A DNA stretch of 64,000 bases. It comes from Antedon mediterranea. Taxonomy: Eukaryota > Animalia > Echinodermata. A program made the position numbers and the translations under genes. Where the stretch lies: NCBI RefSeq assembly GCF_964355755.1, contig NC_092673.1, positions 29,137,648 to 29,201,647 on the forward strand, in the 5' to 3' direction. Shown piece by piece: positions 13,201 to 24,936 of this stretch. The notes beneath the pieces are model-generated. The model saw nothing but the letters and a program-made list of their open reading frames with translations. It ran no database searches and was not told the origin of the DNA. Within the stretch, counting starts at the first letter, position 1. Every line of letters begins with the position of its first letter.

Positions 13201-13925
13201 TATGCAAATAGTAAGTAACTTTAAAGGTATCAACATAATGTTTTTTAATCCTTGAATTAAATCCTAAAACATTTAATTTTGAAAAGTAATTAGTGATATT
13301 GGTCACTGAACATTGAAAAGATAAAATATAAAAATCAAAACAAATTGAATTTTATTGCAGTACAAAGAAAAGGTAAGATAAGAAACAAGCTGCTAAATAT
13401 CAATATCAACAGAAATTTTGCAGCATAAAAAATCTTCTTTTTTTTTTCAATTCTTAAAGTACACTATTAATAAATTAATTGTTTAAACATTTAAACAAAT
13501 TTCACTGTATTGTTGTAATAAGTATCTACAGTTGAATACAATAACTCTCCCACTCAAAACCAGATTTTTCTTGAGATTCAAAATGTCAAAAATTCATTTT
13601 AACCAAAAAAATCTCATTCTGAATACAAGAAAACCAGACATATTACACCAGCACAAGGGTGTCTGGTATTTTGGGAAAGTTGACTGTAAGTGTAATATTA
13701 ACATTTAGTACTACTTATTTGAACAAATCGCCTAAAATTGATTGATTAAAACAATGTACTCACTTGGACTTTTTTGAGTGCAATGATGGAGTTATCTATG
13801 ACTGACTTTGCTCTGTAAACTTCACTAAATTGACCTTTTCCAATCTTCTTCTCTATCACAAAATTATCAAGATGAGAATAGTGATCTTCTGTCGTAGCGA
13901 TCTCGGAGCATTGCACACCTTCCAT
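1166..13925 (-). CDS. NEK7: NEK6/NEK7 serine/threonine kinase, 3'-incomplete (last exon lies left of the window)
   Basis: GT-AG exons with consistent phase: 13925-13764 (MEGVQC...[12 protein letters not shown]...ALKKVQ), 12784-12722 ([21 protein letters not shown]), 9857-9747 ([14 protein letters not shown]...[13 protein letters not shown]), 5181-5073 ([18 protein letters not shown]...MHR), 2228-2026 (DIKPANVF...[28 protein letters not shown]...LLYE), then 1511-1398 or 1279-1166. The DLG motif and activation loop are typical of NEK6/7; NEK6 versus NEK7 cannot be resolved. Confidence 0.95.
1398..1511 (-). CDS. NEK7: NEK6/7 exon 6A (canonical-type copy)
   Basis: tag|ATG...GAG|gttagt, 114 nt, [38 protein letters not shown]. 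Confidence 0.93.
2440..2640 (-). mobile_element. Degenerate Deu-domain SINE fragment
   Basis: Similar to 55121-55433 (tttaaagtgc...agatgtgtacactggacct...gaagactc). Confidence 0.55.
5774..7443. mobile_element. Non-autonomous Tc1/mariner-type DNA transposon, about 1.67 kb
   Basis: TIR cagtactgactacaaatcatgtacca / tggtatatgatatgtagtcagtactg (24 of 26 match), TA on both flanks, no transposase ORF seen. Confidence 0.8.
7523..7670 (+). mobile_element. tRNA-derived Deu-domain SINE fragment
   Basis: gcagcggttaagg...gggttcgagg (A/B box-like) followed by ggataaggactataaaccgtaggtccagtgtacacat. Confidence 0.65.
7852..8070. repeat. Approx. 20-bp minisatellite (gagtgtcaatatccaatct-like)
   Basis: About 10 degenerate tandem units visible. 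Confidence 0.8.
8378..8860. repeat. Degenerate tandem repeat of approx. 130-170 bp units
   Basis: aggtgtgaccaaattgtaattggagtca...agcatgttgcttacactatagtaagtagtatgag recurs 3-4 times. Confidence 0.75.
9906..10075. mobile_element. Tourist/PIF-like MITE (agctctgtctacactatc family), truncated, with internal palindromic footprint
   Basis: Family terminus plus 21-bp internal repeats (aaatatggtagtgatat); other copies near 20110-20241, 27370-27505, 35815-35967, 37785-37923, 38870-38990, 39941-40062, 47613-47884 and 58585-58650. Confidence 0.75.
10475..10891. mobile_element. Tc1/mariner-type MITE
   Basis: Perfect TIR ccgtactgacgcgggtataagccca, TA on both flanks, internal ctcgggtataagcccac repeats. 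Confidence 0.88.
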
Positions 13926-15759
13926 CGTTGTCAATTTGCTGGCTCTCTCTCTGGTGGTTTGGATGATTGCACTATGAACAACAGTGAAAAAATGAATTGT
14001 CAGCAAAAACCACAGACAAATAGCAAACAGGATACGGTTCAGTGAGCAAGTACACTTTCAAAGGTCATTGAACTTGAATAACTCATTTAAAAATGTTTTT
14101 TTGACGTAACAGTTTAATATGCTACACAATGATACAAAGATCATATTGGTTAGTGTTTTAATGAATGGGTTGTTGGCATAAATGTTACTCCCTACCCCCA
14201 AAATATCTTTTGATACAATACGTCATTGAATTTTAATAACTTATCATTTAAAAATGTGTACAAAAAGTGTGATACTGGTTGTATGAGACCAACATACAGA
14301 TTAGGATTATGCTGGCCAAGAGGTCTACCTCCCAGGAGGTCTACTACGTAAATCTAAATTCTAGGCATACAATTGTGCTTTAATCATAATTACTATTACC
14401 GTGAATTACATTTTTTTTTACAAAAATAAATGAAAAGGTCAATCCAAAAAAAGATAATAATTTCATATATTAAAATAAATGGGAACATTTCCTATACAGT
14501 TGAGCATATTGTGTTTACAAAATTTACCATTACATATAAAAGATGTATTGTCCCCCAAAAACATGAAAAATGAAGAATAATTAAATCAGACTTTAAATAG
14601 TTTATTTTGTAGTTTTAATAAAGATAATCACTTCTGTAGAAAAAAAAAACAATGAAAAGGTACAAACATGACATTAATGGCAGTGCAAGTTACAGTACAA
14701 GTTCTACAAACGCTGGCTTGGGCGATACAGTCACAGACTTACTGTAACATTTAAAAGTATTAAAGTATTGCACCACAAATGTACGAAAATGATTGAATTA
14801 ATATCTCAATAAATATAAATTTTGTATTGAAATACACAAGTTCATAGCGACTTCAATCGCAAAAATATTTCAATAGATTTGCCTTTGCATAGTGTATTCA
14901 ATACAGGTCAATACTAGTGCCTAAAGATTCCTTAATGAAATAACACACAAGTGGAATTCTATAGAAATATATATTGATTTCTCAATTTTTATCAGTACAG
15001 TATATTTTGTACACAGTAGATTAGAGCTAGGTATTGTTGTGTATTTGTCAACTTGTACAGTACTGTACACAGTGTTCGTATGTGCATGGTCAAATCTACT
15101 GTATGTGATGCTAAACAGTAAAAGATCATAATTTTCTCTATTATATTTTCCCCCTCCTTTCTACCCGAAAGTATTTGTTTAATTAAAATTTTAAAAGGTG
15201 ATGGATTTATTGTGTCATTTAAAAAAAAAATCTTGCATAATAAAATTCAAGTTTAGTTTAATTAAATAATAATATTCAAAAGTATTGAACAAATAACACA
15301 TTCATTCAGTTTACTTAAGTTTAGTGTTTACATCTACAATTATCTATAAATAGTGTACAGTACCTCATACTAGAAGTGCGCTCACCAGAAAGACTGGTGG
15401 TTTGTTTACTGTAAGTTTGTTGTAAATTTTAGTAGTCAGTGAACTTAATTGCTCAGTACAGTATGATAGAGATTGGACAGAGAATGCCAGTTTATTACAC
15501 TTTTAGAAAAATGTTGATGAAACAAAAGAGATTGACAGTCACTGTGGTATGTATTAGTTTAGTTCTAACTCAATGAGAAATCTCAAGCGAAAGCTAGTAG
15601 CAACCTGAAAATTGACATGATTTTGATGTATTGCGGGCCTATGCATCATCCTGACTAATGAAAAAAAAAGCTGTCAACCTCTGAATAAATTTCAGGGGAG
15701 GGAGTGTGGGGGGTTTTATTTAATCACTAGGCTACACTAAACACATTTTCAATACAAAT

Positions 15760-16000
15760 TCAAGAAAACGATTTACAGATTACTGGCTGTCAACCGCTAG
15801 AAGAATATGTCTACAAGCAACAATTCAACTGGATCGGACATGTAATTAGAAAAGAAAATGAAGATCCTACAAAAATTCTTACTTTTCACACAACACACAG
15901 TAAACGAAGAGGTCGGAAGATACCATCAGTACTTGATAGAGTTGTACAACAAAGTCAACTTACTAGATGCAACTTCATTAGAGCCTGCTTCAACAGAAAT
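15760..16000 (+). mobile_element. 3' fragment of an RTE-like LINE ORF2
   Basis: Translates ...QPLEEYVYKQQFNWIGHVIRKENEDPTKIL...SKRRGRK; W-x-GHV-x-R and RRGR motifs resemble RTE C-termini. Confidence 0.55.
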
Positions 16001-16378
16001 TTATAATTCCCACCAATGTTTTAACTGTATATATGAACTGTTTTATAAGTTGTTTTGTGACTGTGTAATTTGGTAATAGTCACTCTCATACTGTAGGCCT
16101 ACATTTAAAAGTAACACATCCAAATGCCAACTTTAATTTAAGTCAATGGCTACCAGATGTCTCTGTGAGACGGTTATTTGAACCAGTACCAGTACCAGTA
16201 AGTAGAGTATGCACGAAAACAATTTATGTAATGTTAATTGTTACAATTTTGTAATTAAAAAAAAAATATAAATAACAACAGATTTCGCATAAAGAACCAA
16301 AAAAAACTTAAAACTTAACTTGATCTAGGCAAGGCCTACTCTATATAGGCCAGATGTCAGAAGTATAGGCCTACCTAA

Positions 16379-18210
16379 AGCCTATTTTTCACTAGGCGAA
16401 TTTGTTCGCGCGAATCGAAAGCGTCATGCTATGCGCATGCGTATTCAAGTTTCTGTCTGTCATACTCCCTTCTGCGACGAATTCTTGTTCCTTTGATTTT
16501 ACGCTTCAGCGAAATTTACTAGTTCGAATTGTTTCTAGTTTTTGCGAAGCGAAATATTGCGCAACCAATCAGAGCTCAGGAAATGAGCTATGACTTCCAT
16601 GAGCACTCGTGCGAATCGAAATGCTCGGCAACCACGCGAGGAACATGAACGTCGCAGCTATTCGCTTATTAGGTTATATGCATTAATGCATATAACCTCT
16701 TCATTCTGTCAAAATCTTTATTTATTTATTTATTTATTCTTTCCTTAGCACTATTTTGTCCGTGAATTATCTTGGCATCAGTTTCATCTAGCTACAGTAA
16801 GTCAAGTTTTCAGAGTATATTCCTTATGGCCAGGAATCGATGTGGTTATATTTTCACGATGCGCAATCAAAAAATTTTACGAAATCACGTTTGTAATCAT
16901 ATCTTCACAAGCATGAATCACAATTAAACAAAATTTGGTACTCATAAATTTCAGGTCATATTTCATCATATGGCAATACAATTACGTGCGTAGCGTATAT
17001 AACGCTTGCGTACGCGCGCTTAAAATGTTCAAAATTGTTAAAATTTATTTTCGATGAAATTAGAGTACGTTTCAGGCAATTTTAGGCGTTTAAAAAATTT
17101 CCATGAGTGCGCTGATTTTTGCACGCGCACTGCGCGTTAAACGTTAATGCGCACTCTTTTTGCCTGATTTCTGTTTTACAGTCTTTCTTTAATAATATCA
17201 TCATATTTGATTCACTTTTCAACTCGAAATTGCGTTATACGAGCACGTCAAAAGTGACAGGCTACGCACGTATAAGTTAACAAAATTGTGAAAATATGCT
17301 AATTTTTAAAATTAATATATATCGTCAGAATGCTGGGGAACACCTATTTTTTATTTCATTTTCTTGAAGTGTATGTATCATATGTATGATTTATTATCAA
17401 ATTAAGAGAACAAAAGTTGATTAAGTCTTCATTTTAAATTTAAAAAAAATAATTTCGACAATCAAACAAATTATGACATTTTCTTAGGCCGAAATAACAA
17501 ACTTAACATTAACTTTCTTTCTTAAGAAGTTCATATATTAAAGTTAAAAGTATATAGTTTGACAGTGCATTATTTTTTTACATTTTTAAAGATGTCATCA
17601 TAGTAAAAAATTATAATTCATTGCGGTATGTAATAATCTATTTGCACCAAAGTGGTTACTGCATAGTAAATACACGGAGGAATTTTTCTACAACTTTTAG
17701 TCAGTTGTGTATGGCTCGATGGTCTCTGTGCTCGTGTCTATGGCATTCAAGGTACCGAGATCGAGTCTCACCTTGGGAAACAAAAAAAAGATTTTTTTTT
17801 TATTATCCGTATTGTTTGTTCAAATTTATTTCTTTGTGTATAGATTATACACATGATTTATAATGAAATCTAGATAAAAAGTAACAATATGTCTTTATTA
17901 TTATGTAACAACAAATGTGGTTTATGACATATACGCATATGGATCTTTGATCGGATTGTGATACCGGCTATGGTGTTTGCGTTAGGTCCCATCATATATT
18001 ATAAATAATTAAAGATTCTGAGAAAATCAATGAATCAATATATCTTTTAAAAATCAATTATCTTTATTTAAATCAATGCATATAACCTATAATTCGTCAT
18101 AGTGACGAATTAAATCTAGTTATTATATGTAGTGGAAAGAGAGTAGGTGATTTTTTTCTCTTTGAAACGTTGGATCCGCGCGAACAAATTCGCCTAATGG
18201 AAAATCGGCT
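16379..18210. mobile_element. PIF/Harbinger-like non-autonomous element
   Basis: Approx. 34-bp TIR agcctatttttcactaggcgaatttgttcgcgcg / cgcgcgaacaaattcgcctaatggaaaatcggct, with TAA on both flanks. Confidence 0.75.
16667..18120 (+). mobile_element. Helentron/DINE-1-like non-autonomous rolling-circle element nested in the Harbinger-like element
   Basis: 5' palindrome aggttatatgcatt-aatgcatataacct, (ttta)n microsatellite, 3' subterminal repeat aatgcatataacct, hairpin aattcgtca-tag-tgacgaatt, terminal CTAG. Confidence 0.7.
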
Positions 18211-18341
18211 TAACCGCCGCCGCTGTCAAAAATCAGAAGGTGGTTTTTGTTTGTTTACACAAGGCCTAGCCTATCTATGCCTCCTACCATGGAGATACCT
18301 CCATGCTCCTACCTACCAAACTTATATAAAACAAACCTCAC

Positions 18342-19500
18342 CTTGTGCCACAAGTTGGTGGTAATTTTAGGCCAGATTACTTTACAAGCTGTAAATGCAT
18401 AAATTAACAGTATAAGTTCTTGGAAAATGATAAAGTATAGGCCTAGTAAACAGCAGAACGTCGTAACCACCGCCGTCGCCGAGCCGAGGAAACAATTTTT
18501 TTGTAGATTATAAAAATGATCGACAATGTCATAGAGGGCGACAAACATATACCATAATTGGTAGTCGCCAATAGTTGACTTTTGAACCACAGTACGTCTG
18601 TATGAAAGACTACATTACGTAACGATACATTGTTAACTTAGGGATTCATGCGACTTTTGCTGATCAAAAATTCCCTTAAATCTTTTTTATAAAACGAAAC
18701 CAACTCACGACGGCACGGAAAACAAAAGAAAATTGTATATACTCCACTTTTCAAGATGGTAATAGTGGGACAAAATGATTTGTATTTTTGCACGTTTGCA
18801 TAGGCCCTTTTAAGTTAGTTGAATTTATAAACGTAGTCTCGAAATTAGACGCGTTTTTAAAATAATTATGAAAATGTCCGAAGTCAAATTTGGTATGCTA
18901 GACATACCTGATTTTCTGTAACGACGAGGGCGTCCTTCATTGTATACAAAACCACGTCAACTTTCTGAATCGAGGAGCTCTGAATTTATATTAATTTCCA
19001 TGGTTTTATGTAATTTTTTAAGTAAACGCATTTTAGATTAAATAGAGCAAATATCTTGGATGATCCAATATCTTTTTATAAGCTCGAACTATTGACAGCT
19101 TATGTGTTACAGTTACTCTAATTTTCGGTAATTTATAAGGCATAGCTAGGCTAGGCCTAGCTAGCCTCTAGGCCTATCATTATCCTGCTGGGCATAAACG
19201 TCACACTGGGATGGGACCGGGTGCTAGATGTGGAACGATTGTGATTACTCTAGGCCTATGCCCTGGCCTAAAGTAAGGCCTAGGTTTCTCCAGTTTTAAT
19301 ACTTCATGTTAGATAATGACAATAATAATAGTCTCTTGAAAATTGGAAACTTTTAAAATTAAAATATTGGTGATATCTGTTTTTCTAATAATTGAATGAT
19401 AAATGATAGATTGATTGTTGTTATCATTATCAGTCAGAAAACAGAGCAGACAACCAGCCTCATCAATTCAGCACTTGGACTTGAAATGAACACAAACCAT
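18342..19500. promoter_or_regulatory. Probable divergent promoter region NEK7 / SLC50A1, including a putative non-coding first exon of NEK7
   Basis: CpG-richer stretch; minus-strand donor CAAG|gtgagg at 18342/18341; SWEET1 ATG at 19502. Confidence 0.5.
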
Positions 19501-19501
19501 A

Positions 19502-21874
19502 ATGGATAGAGTTCACATTGTTGGTTTATCGGCCACTGTATCATCTATAGCATTTTTCCTGGCTGGAATGTAAGTCCTTTGTGAACGTTTTTTTCTCATA
19601 CTTGCTTTATACTTGCGTCATGTTAATTGGTCGGTTAACAATCTAAATAGCTTATATGACTTTTCCTTTCTCTCTATGCAACAAAACTAGAAATAATGTA
19701 TAGACTTTTGGCGGATCCGGGTACGAACAATGTTTGTAATTAATAATAAAAATAATTTATCCATTATTAACACAACAACATAAAGTTCTGTGCTCACTGT
19801 GTAATCATTTATTATGCTTAATCTTATTAATTTTTATTTCAATTCAGACCAACATGTTTAAAGATAAGAAAACAAGGAAGTACAAAGAATATTGAGATTT
19901 TTCCGTACATTGCTTGTAGTGTCAGGTAAAATCAAAGTTGGTTGTCCAAACTAATACGCTTCTTTTTTGTGTAATCAAATGTAATACTTAAGTAGCCAGT
20001 ATGTAATGGAGACTTAAGTCTTTATATTTACAGGTGTAAATATAAAGAAACAACACAATTTCTGCATTGTAGCTTGTCCTATTCCAACTCATATTTTGTT
20101 TCTGTGTAAAGCTCTGTCTACACTATCAAACTTTATGTGACAAAAAATGTGCCCATATATGGACATGAGGATGTCATATCATTACCATATGTGGGCAAAT
20201 CACTACTTTTTTCAAACTAATTTGATAGTGTACACAGAGCTTTACTCAATATTTTTTTTTTACAGCTGTATATTCTGGTTAAAATATGGTCTTCTACAAC
20301 ACGACGTTTCTGTTACTAGAGTGAATATTATTGGCGTCGTATTTCAGTGGTTTTATGTGCTGGTTTTTTATCTCAATACTTTGGAAAAGGTAAGAAGCAT
20401 AATGTCCTTGCTGATAAAAGATTAAAAATGCATACAAAATTTGAGAAAACTGACTTGAACTGACCTGTGTATTGACCGGCCTAACGACCAAACAGTACAG
20501 TACAATGTATACTTACATTGGCATACATCTTTGAAATCAATAAACTTGTCATTATAAAAAAAAGTCCAAACTAACTAATAAAAATGAAAAACAATTTCTT
20601 TTACTTTTCAGAGCGTAGTGCACCAAAAGTTTTTCTATGCATCCTGTGTGGTGTTTCCAGTTCTTATTTATATCAAATTTATGGTGAGGGATCACTTTTC
20701 TGCTGTTAATCGGCTTGGACTGATTTGCTGTACGACCAGTGTCATCACCTACGGGTCGCCACTAGCCTCTATTGTAAGTTTAATATAAACTAGTATGTTT
20801 TGGATTGTATAAATAATGTATTTATCATTTGTATTTTTATGGAATTTAAGTGGGCCGCTGGATATCAACTGGCATTAATTTGTCTAGCTGGAAGGGTTAC
20901 CCTGTATAAATAAAGTTTAAAAATAAAAAAAAAATAATACAAAATTGGATATTTGTCATAATAGTCATTAACATTCATTTTGTCAACGTAAAAAATACTA
21001 TCAAATGTAGGAATAAATGGAAAAACTGTTCTTGTCTTCACATGTAAGCACATAATAGCTTGAATTGTAATGACCTGAATGACCTAAATTATAAAGATTT
21101 GATTTATATTTGAAATATCATACACAGAAAAAAGAACAAACAAAAAGGGCAACCTTTTAATATATGGCACCAGGAATAGCCCGATAAATCGGCACATTAA
21201 GATTTACTGTACATCATGATGGGTTCCTAAGCATATTCTTAATTATCATATTAAAGTATGGCTGACATTTTAATTAATGGATTCTATAGTTATAAGTAAA
21301 TAACAAAATATATAAATATGCTTTGTTGTGTTATTATTGTTTGTATTCGTATAGAAAGAAGTAATTCGAACCAAAAGTACGGAGAGCATGGCGTTCCCAC
21401 TTTGCCTTGCCAACTTCCTGGTCGCGGTCCAGTGGCTTTACTATGGACATTTAGTGATGGACATTTATTTGCAGGTACTGTATACATATACTGTATATGT
21501 AAACAATTATTCTACTGCAGTTACTGCAGTAAGTTTATTCTTACTGCAGTAATGTATGATTTTAGTTTATTTCGATGTAGAAGTTTAAGAGACAGTTCCA
21601 TAAAAAGTGTGTATGATTACAAAAACAAAATTTGCTAAATAAATAATTGCATAAACAGGCTAAAGATTAGTTACTGCAGTAACTGCAGTAGGATACTTTG
21701 TTCCTTAACCATTTGATGTTGTATACCTACCTTTATTAATCTAACATTATTTTTGTTTTTTTGCAGGTGCCTAATTTCTTTGGTTCCCTTTTAGGACTTT
21801 TCCAACTCATGTTTTTCGTTATATATCCCAGCAGGCAACACTACGACTTATCAACTCCTGGAACGTCTATTTAA
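19502..21874 (+). CDS. SLC50A1: Sugar transporter SWEET1, 219 aa
   Basis: Exons 19502-19569, 19848-19925, 20266-20389, 20612-20773, 21355-21474, 21767-21874 (660 nt, in frame). Two MtN3 repeats with motifs KIRKQGST, WLKYG, VNIIG, YGSPL, VIRTKSTESMAFPL, VPNFFG. Confidence 0.93.
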
Positions 21875-23266
21875 AAATAATACAAAATAAAAAATAAAAC
21901 CACCAAAGTAACTTAAGAAGCATTCCAGCGTTTTAGATTAAACTTTGTCGTATGATTGATGATGAGAATGTGGTACTGCCATTTGATTTGTTAATAATTT
22001 AAATGATAATAATAATGATTATTATTTTGTATTGGTTGACTGTATGTGTTTTGATACTTGGCTACCAAGGGTCCTGGGTTCAAGTCCAATCATATGTCAG
22101 GATTTTTTCTAATGACAATGTACAACTTCACTCATAAAGACTTGTAATATGACTTTGTTTATGTAGAGCATCTTGTGTATATGTTCCTCTTGTGAAGGGG
22201 ATAACCACGAAGGATAGTGAATGAATTCGCATGGTTATCCATGGCAACAATTTCACTCTACACTCCAAAAACTTGGGTTTTTGGTGAAGTGAGATTTACC
22301 CTCACTTCTGTGAGGGTGAGTGAGTGAGGTATACCTGTAATTATTTTGGATAAATATTGATCTGAAAATAGAGATATTATATAAAATCCCTATGATCTGA
22401 AGAATGCATGAAACCATGGCAATTGTAGCATGGTAATTTAGAACTAGTTTTTTGTCATAAAAATTTGCATTTTAAATGCTAGATACGCCTAAAAGGGTTC
22501 CCACAGTTAATTTTTTTATTTTTCCTGTCCCTACGTTTTTTACACCTGCATATTTTATTGTACCTTTGTACTGTCCTTGTTTAGAGCCTCTCAAAACAAG
22601 GACAGGGTAAATAAAAATTGCTTAATTAGAACTGGGTTAAATAAAAACTATTTCAGGGCAAGTAGGAATAAATGAAAACGGTTTTTGAAAATACAATGTA
22701 TATTTTTTGGTGCTATAAATTTAAATTATTTAATACTAATAACTATAACATAATTTTTATAAAATCATAATTTAAAGTAATAATACAAATTATATGAATT
22801 AATTGGACCTTATTTTTTGATTGAAAAAGGACATTTTAACCGTATTCTCAAAGCTGGACTATGTTTTTAATGTTTTTTCATTGAATAAAATAATAATAAA
22901 AAGATACTTGTATAGAATTTTATTATTTAGTACTAAATGAAAGCTATTTTACTTCCTATAATAATAAAATTATCCTTTATTTTTTATTCGTTTAAGGACA
23001 GTTTGTAATATTATAATTATTATAAAATATGTACAGTATTTTATGACATTTCCATCCAATAAATTTGTTTAATAACAAAAATACGTTGTCCTGAATTTTG
23101 TTTAAATTGCGCAATTATAAACATCGGAAAAACAGGGAGATGCCCTGGTAAAAACAGATGGTGACTGTTTTTGTCATAAAGGAATTGTCATTTGGATATT
23201 ACGCGCTCTATAATTATATAATGATAAAGTAAACATTAAAAATAATTTGATGTTCCACTTTTGATC

Positions 23267-24872
23267 GGTAATCTCTTCTTCCTCGGTCACATTTGCCTCA
23301 TTTTAATAATATAATGTCACGCTAGGCTGCTCTGAACAACACTCTCATGAATAATAAACAGTTGATTACGTCATACTATACTGGGATTTTACCTCTTGAA
23401 TATTCATAAGTTTCACTTGCACTACAGTATTGGGCAGCAATTGTTTGACTTGGATGGAAAAGATAATTAAGATATTATTTATTGTATCAAATATTATGTA
23501 ATGATTATTATGAATAAATTGGATTTTTTATTTTTCAATTTAAGTGCTTTCTTGAGAACAATTACCAAATTAAGTGACATGAACACATATTCATCAATTT
23601 GATTTTGGGCTGCTGACAACGGTAGCACTATTATTAAATAGGGTATGAGTGTGAGATATTTATTCACCAAATCAAATTGAAATTTCAGTCAGATTACGCC
23701 TATACCTAATACACCTGTATTTCTTGTGTATTTCTTCAATACAATTTTATTACAAGTCTAAAAAATAAAAAACACATTTTTTTTAAATAAACAATTACTG
23801 AAATCACAGTTTCATGTTTTCTAGGTAGGCTATAACTATAACTAAATAAAGAGAAATGGTACCCTTAAGGTGCCTTAATTATGACCTCATCACATACATT
23901 TGGGATGAGTTAGTTTATGGAATTTAAATGACATCATGGCCCCTTTAAAATTGTTGTAAATGAGAAACTTGAGTCACATTCCTAATCATTTATATTATTA
24001 TTAAGTGTCTTTAACATAGACATGGATACTTTATCACAACTTTATACAATACTATGTTCCTACAGTTCACCGGTCAAACTAAAACAATACAAATCTACAC
24101 ACACATACACATAGACAAAACCATACTAAAATTTTCACTAGATAGAAGTGGGAATTGAAATGGGGGCCAAAATGGAATCTGAAAAATCCCAAATTTTTAA
24201 CACAGGCTGCGTTTTAAAACTGCATTTTAAATCCACCCTGGAGGATATTTTTTCTTATAACTTAAATCCCAGTTGTATAGTATACAAATAATGAATGTTT
24301 ATGAGTGTAATGGTACAAATAATGGCATGAGGTGAATGATGAAAGGTTATATTTCAACTCGGCTCCGCCTCGTTGAAATATAACCTTTCATCATTCACCA
24401 AGTGCCATTATTTGTACCATTACACGAATACAAAACATTCATTATTTGTTTTATCATTACTCCATGGTTTTATATAACATCTAAATAAATTCCTGTCATT
24501 TTTTCGTACTCAAATGTTTAAAAGAAAAACGAAACTGAGACCAGACGACAGGTGGCGCTGTTGTATTTCACAGTACAGAGCCATATCATAGGATAATTTG
24601 TGTACTAGATTTTTTTTCATCCGTGAGACGTTTTTTTTTTCGTACACAAAAATGTTTCAAAAAGTACTATTTAACGATCGTTGAATAGTGCGTACTATTG
24701 CACGCCATGTGACTCACATTCGTCCAATCAAATGACAGGAATTTATATAGGTGTTATATAATATGACCTAATCAGGGAGTTATCAACTGTTTATTATTCA
24801 TGAGAGTGTTGTTCAGTCTAGCGTGACATATATTAAAATGAGGCAAATGTGACCGAGGAAGAAGAGATTACC
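23267..24872. mobile_element. Mutator-like (MULE) non-autonomous element
   Basis: Approx. 100-bp imperfect TIR starting ggtaatctcttcttcctcggtcacatttgcctcattttaat; 9-bp TSD cttttgatc at 23258-23266 and 24873-24881. Confidence 0.88.
24282..24762 (+). mobile_element. Palindromic non-autonomous element nested in the MULE; shorter inverted copy at about 33716-33978
   Basis: Long hairpin centred on ttcaac-tcggctccgcctc-gttgaa; near-identical reverse-complement copy in INTS5 intron 4. Confidence 0.7.
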
Positions 24873-24936
24873 CTTTTGATCGGTCACATTTTTATCATTG
24901 TTAATTGTCAGAACATTAACTAAACATGCTAATACA

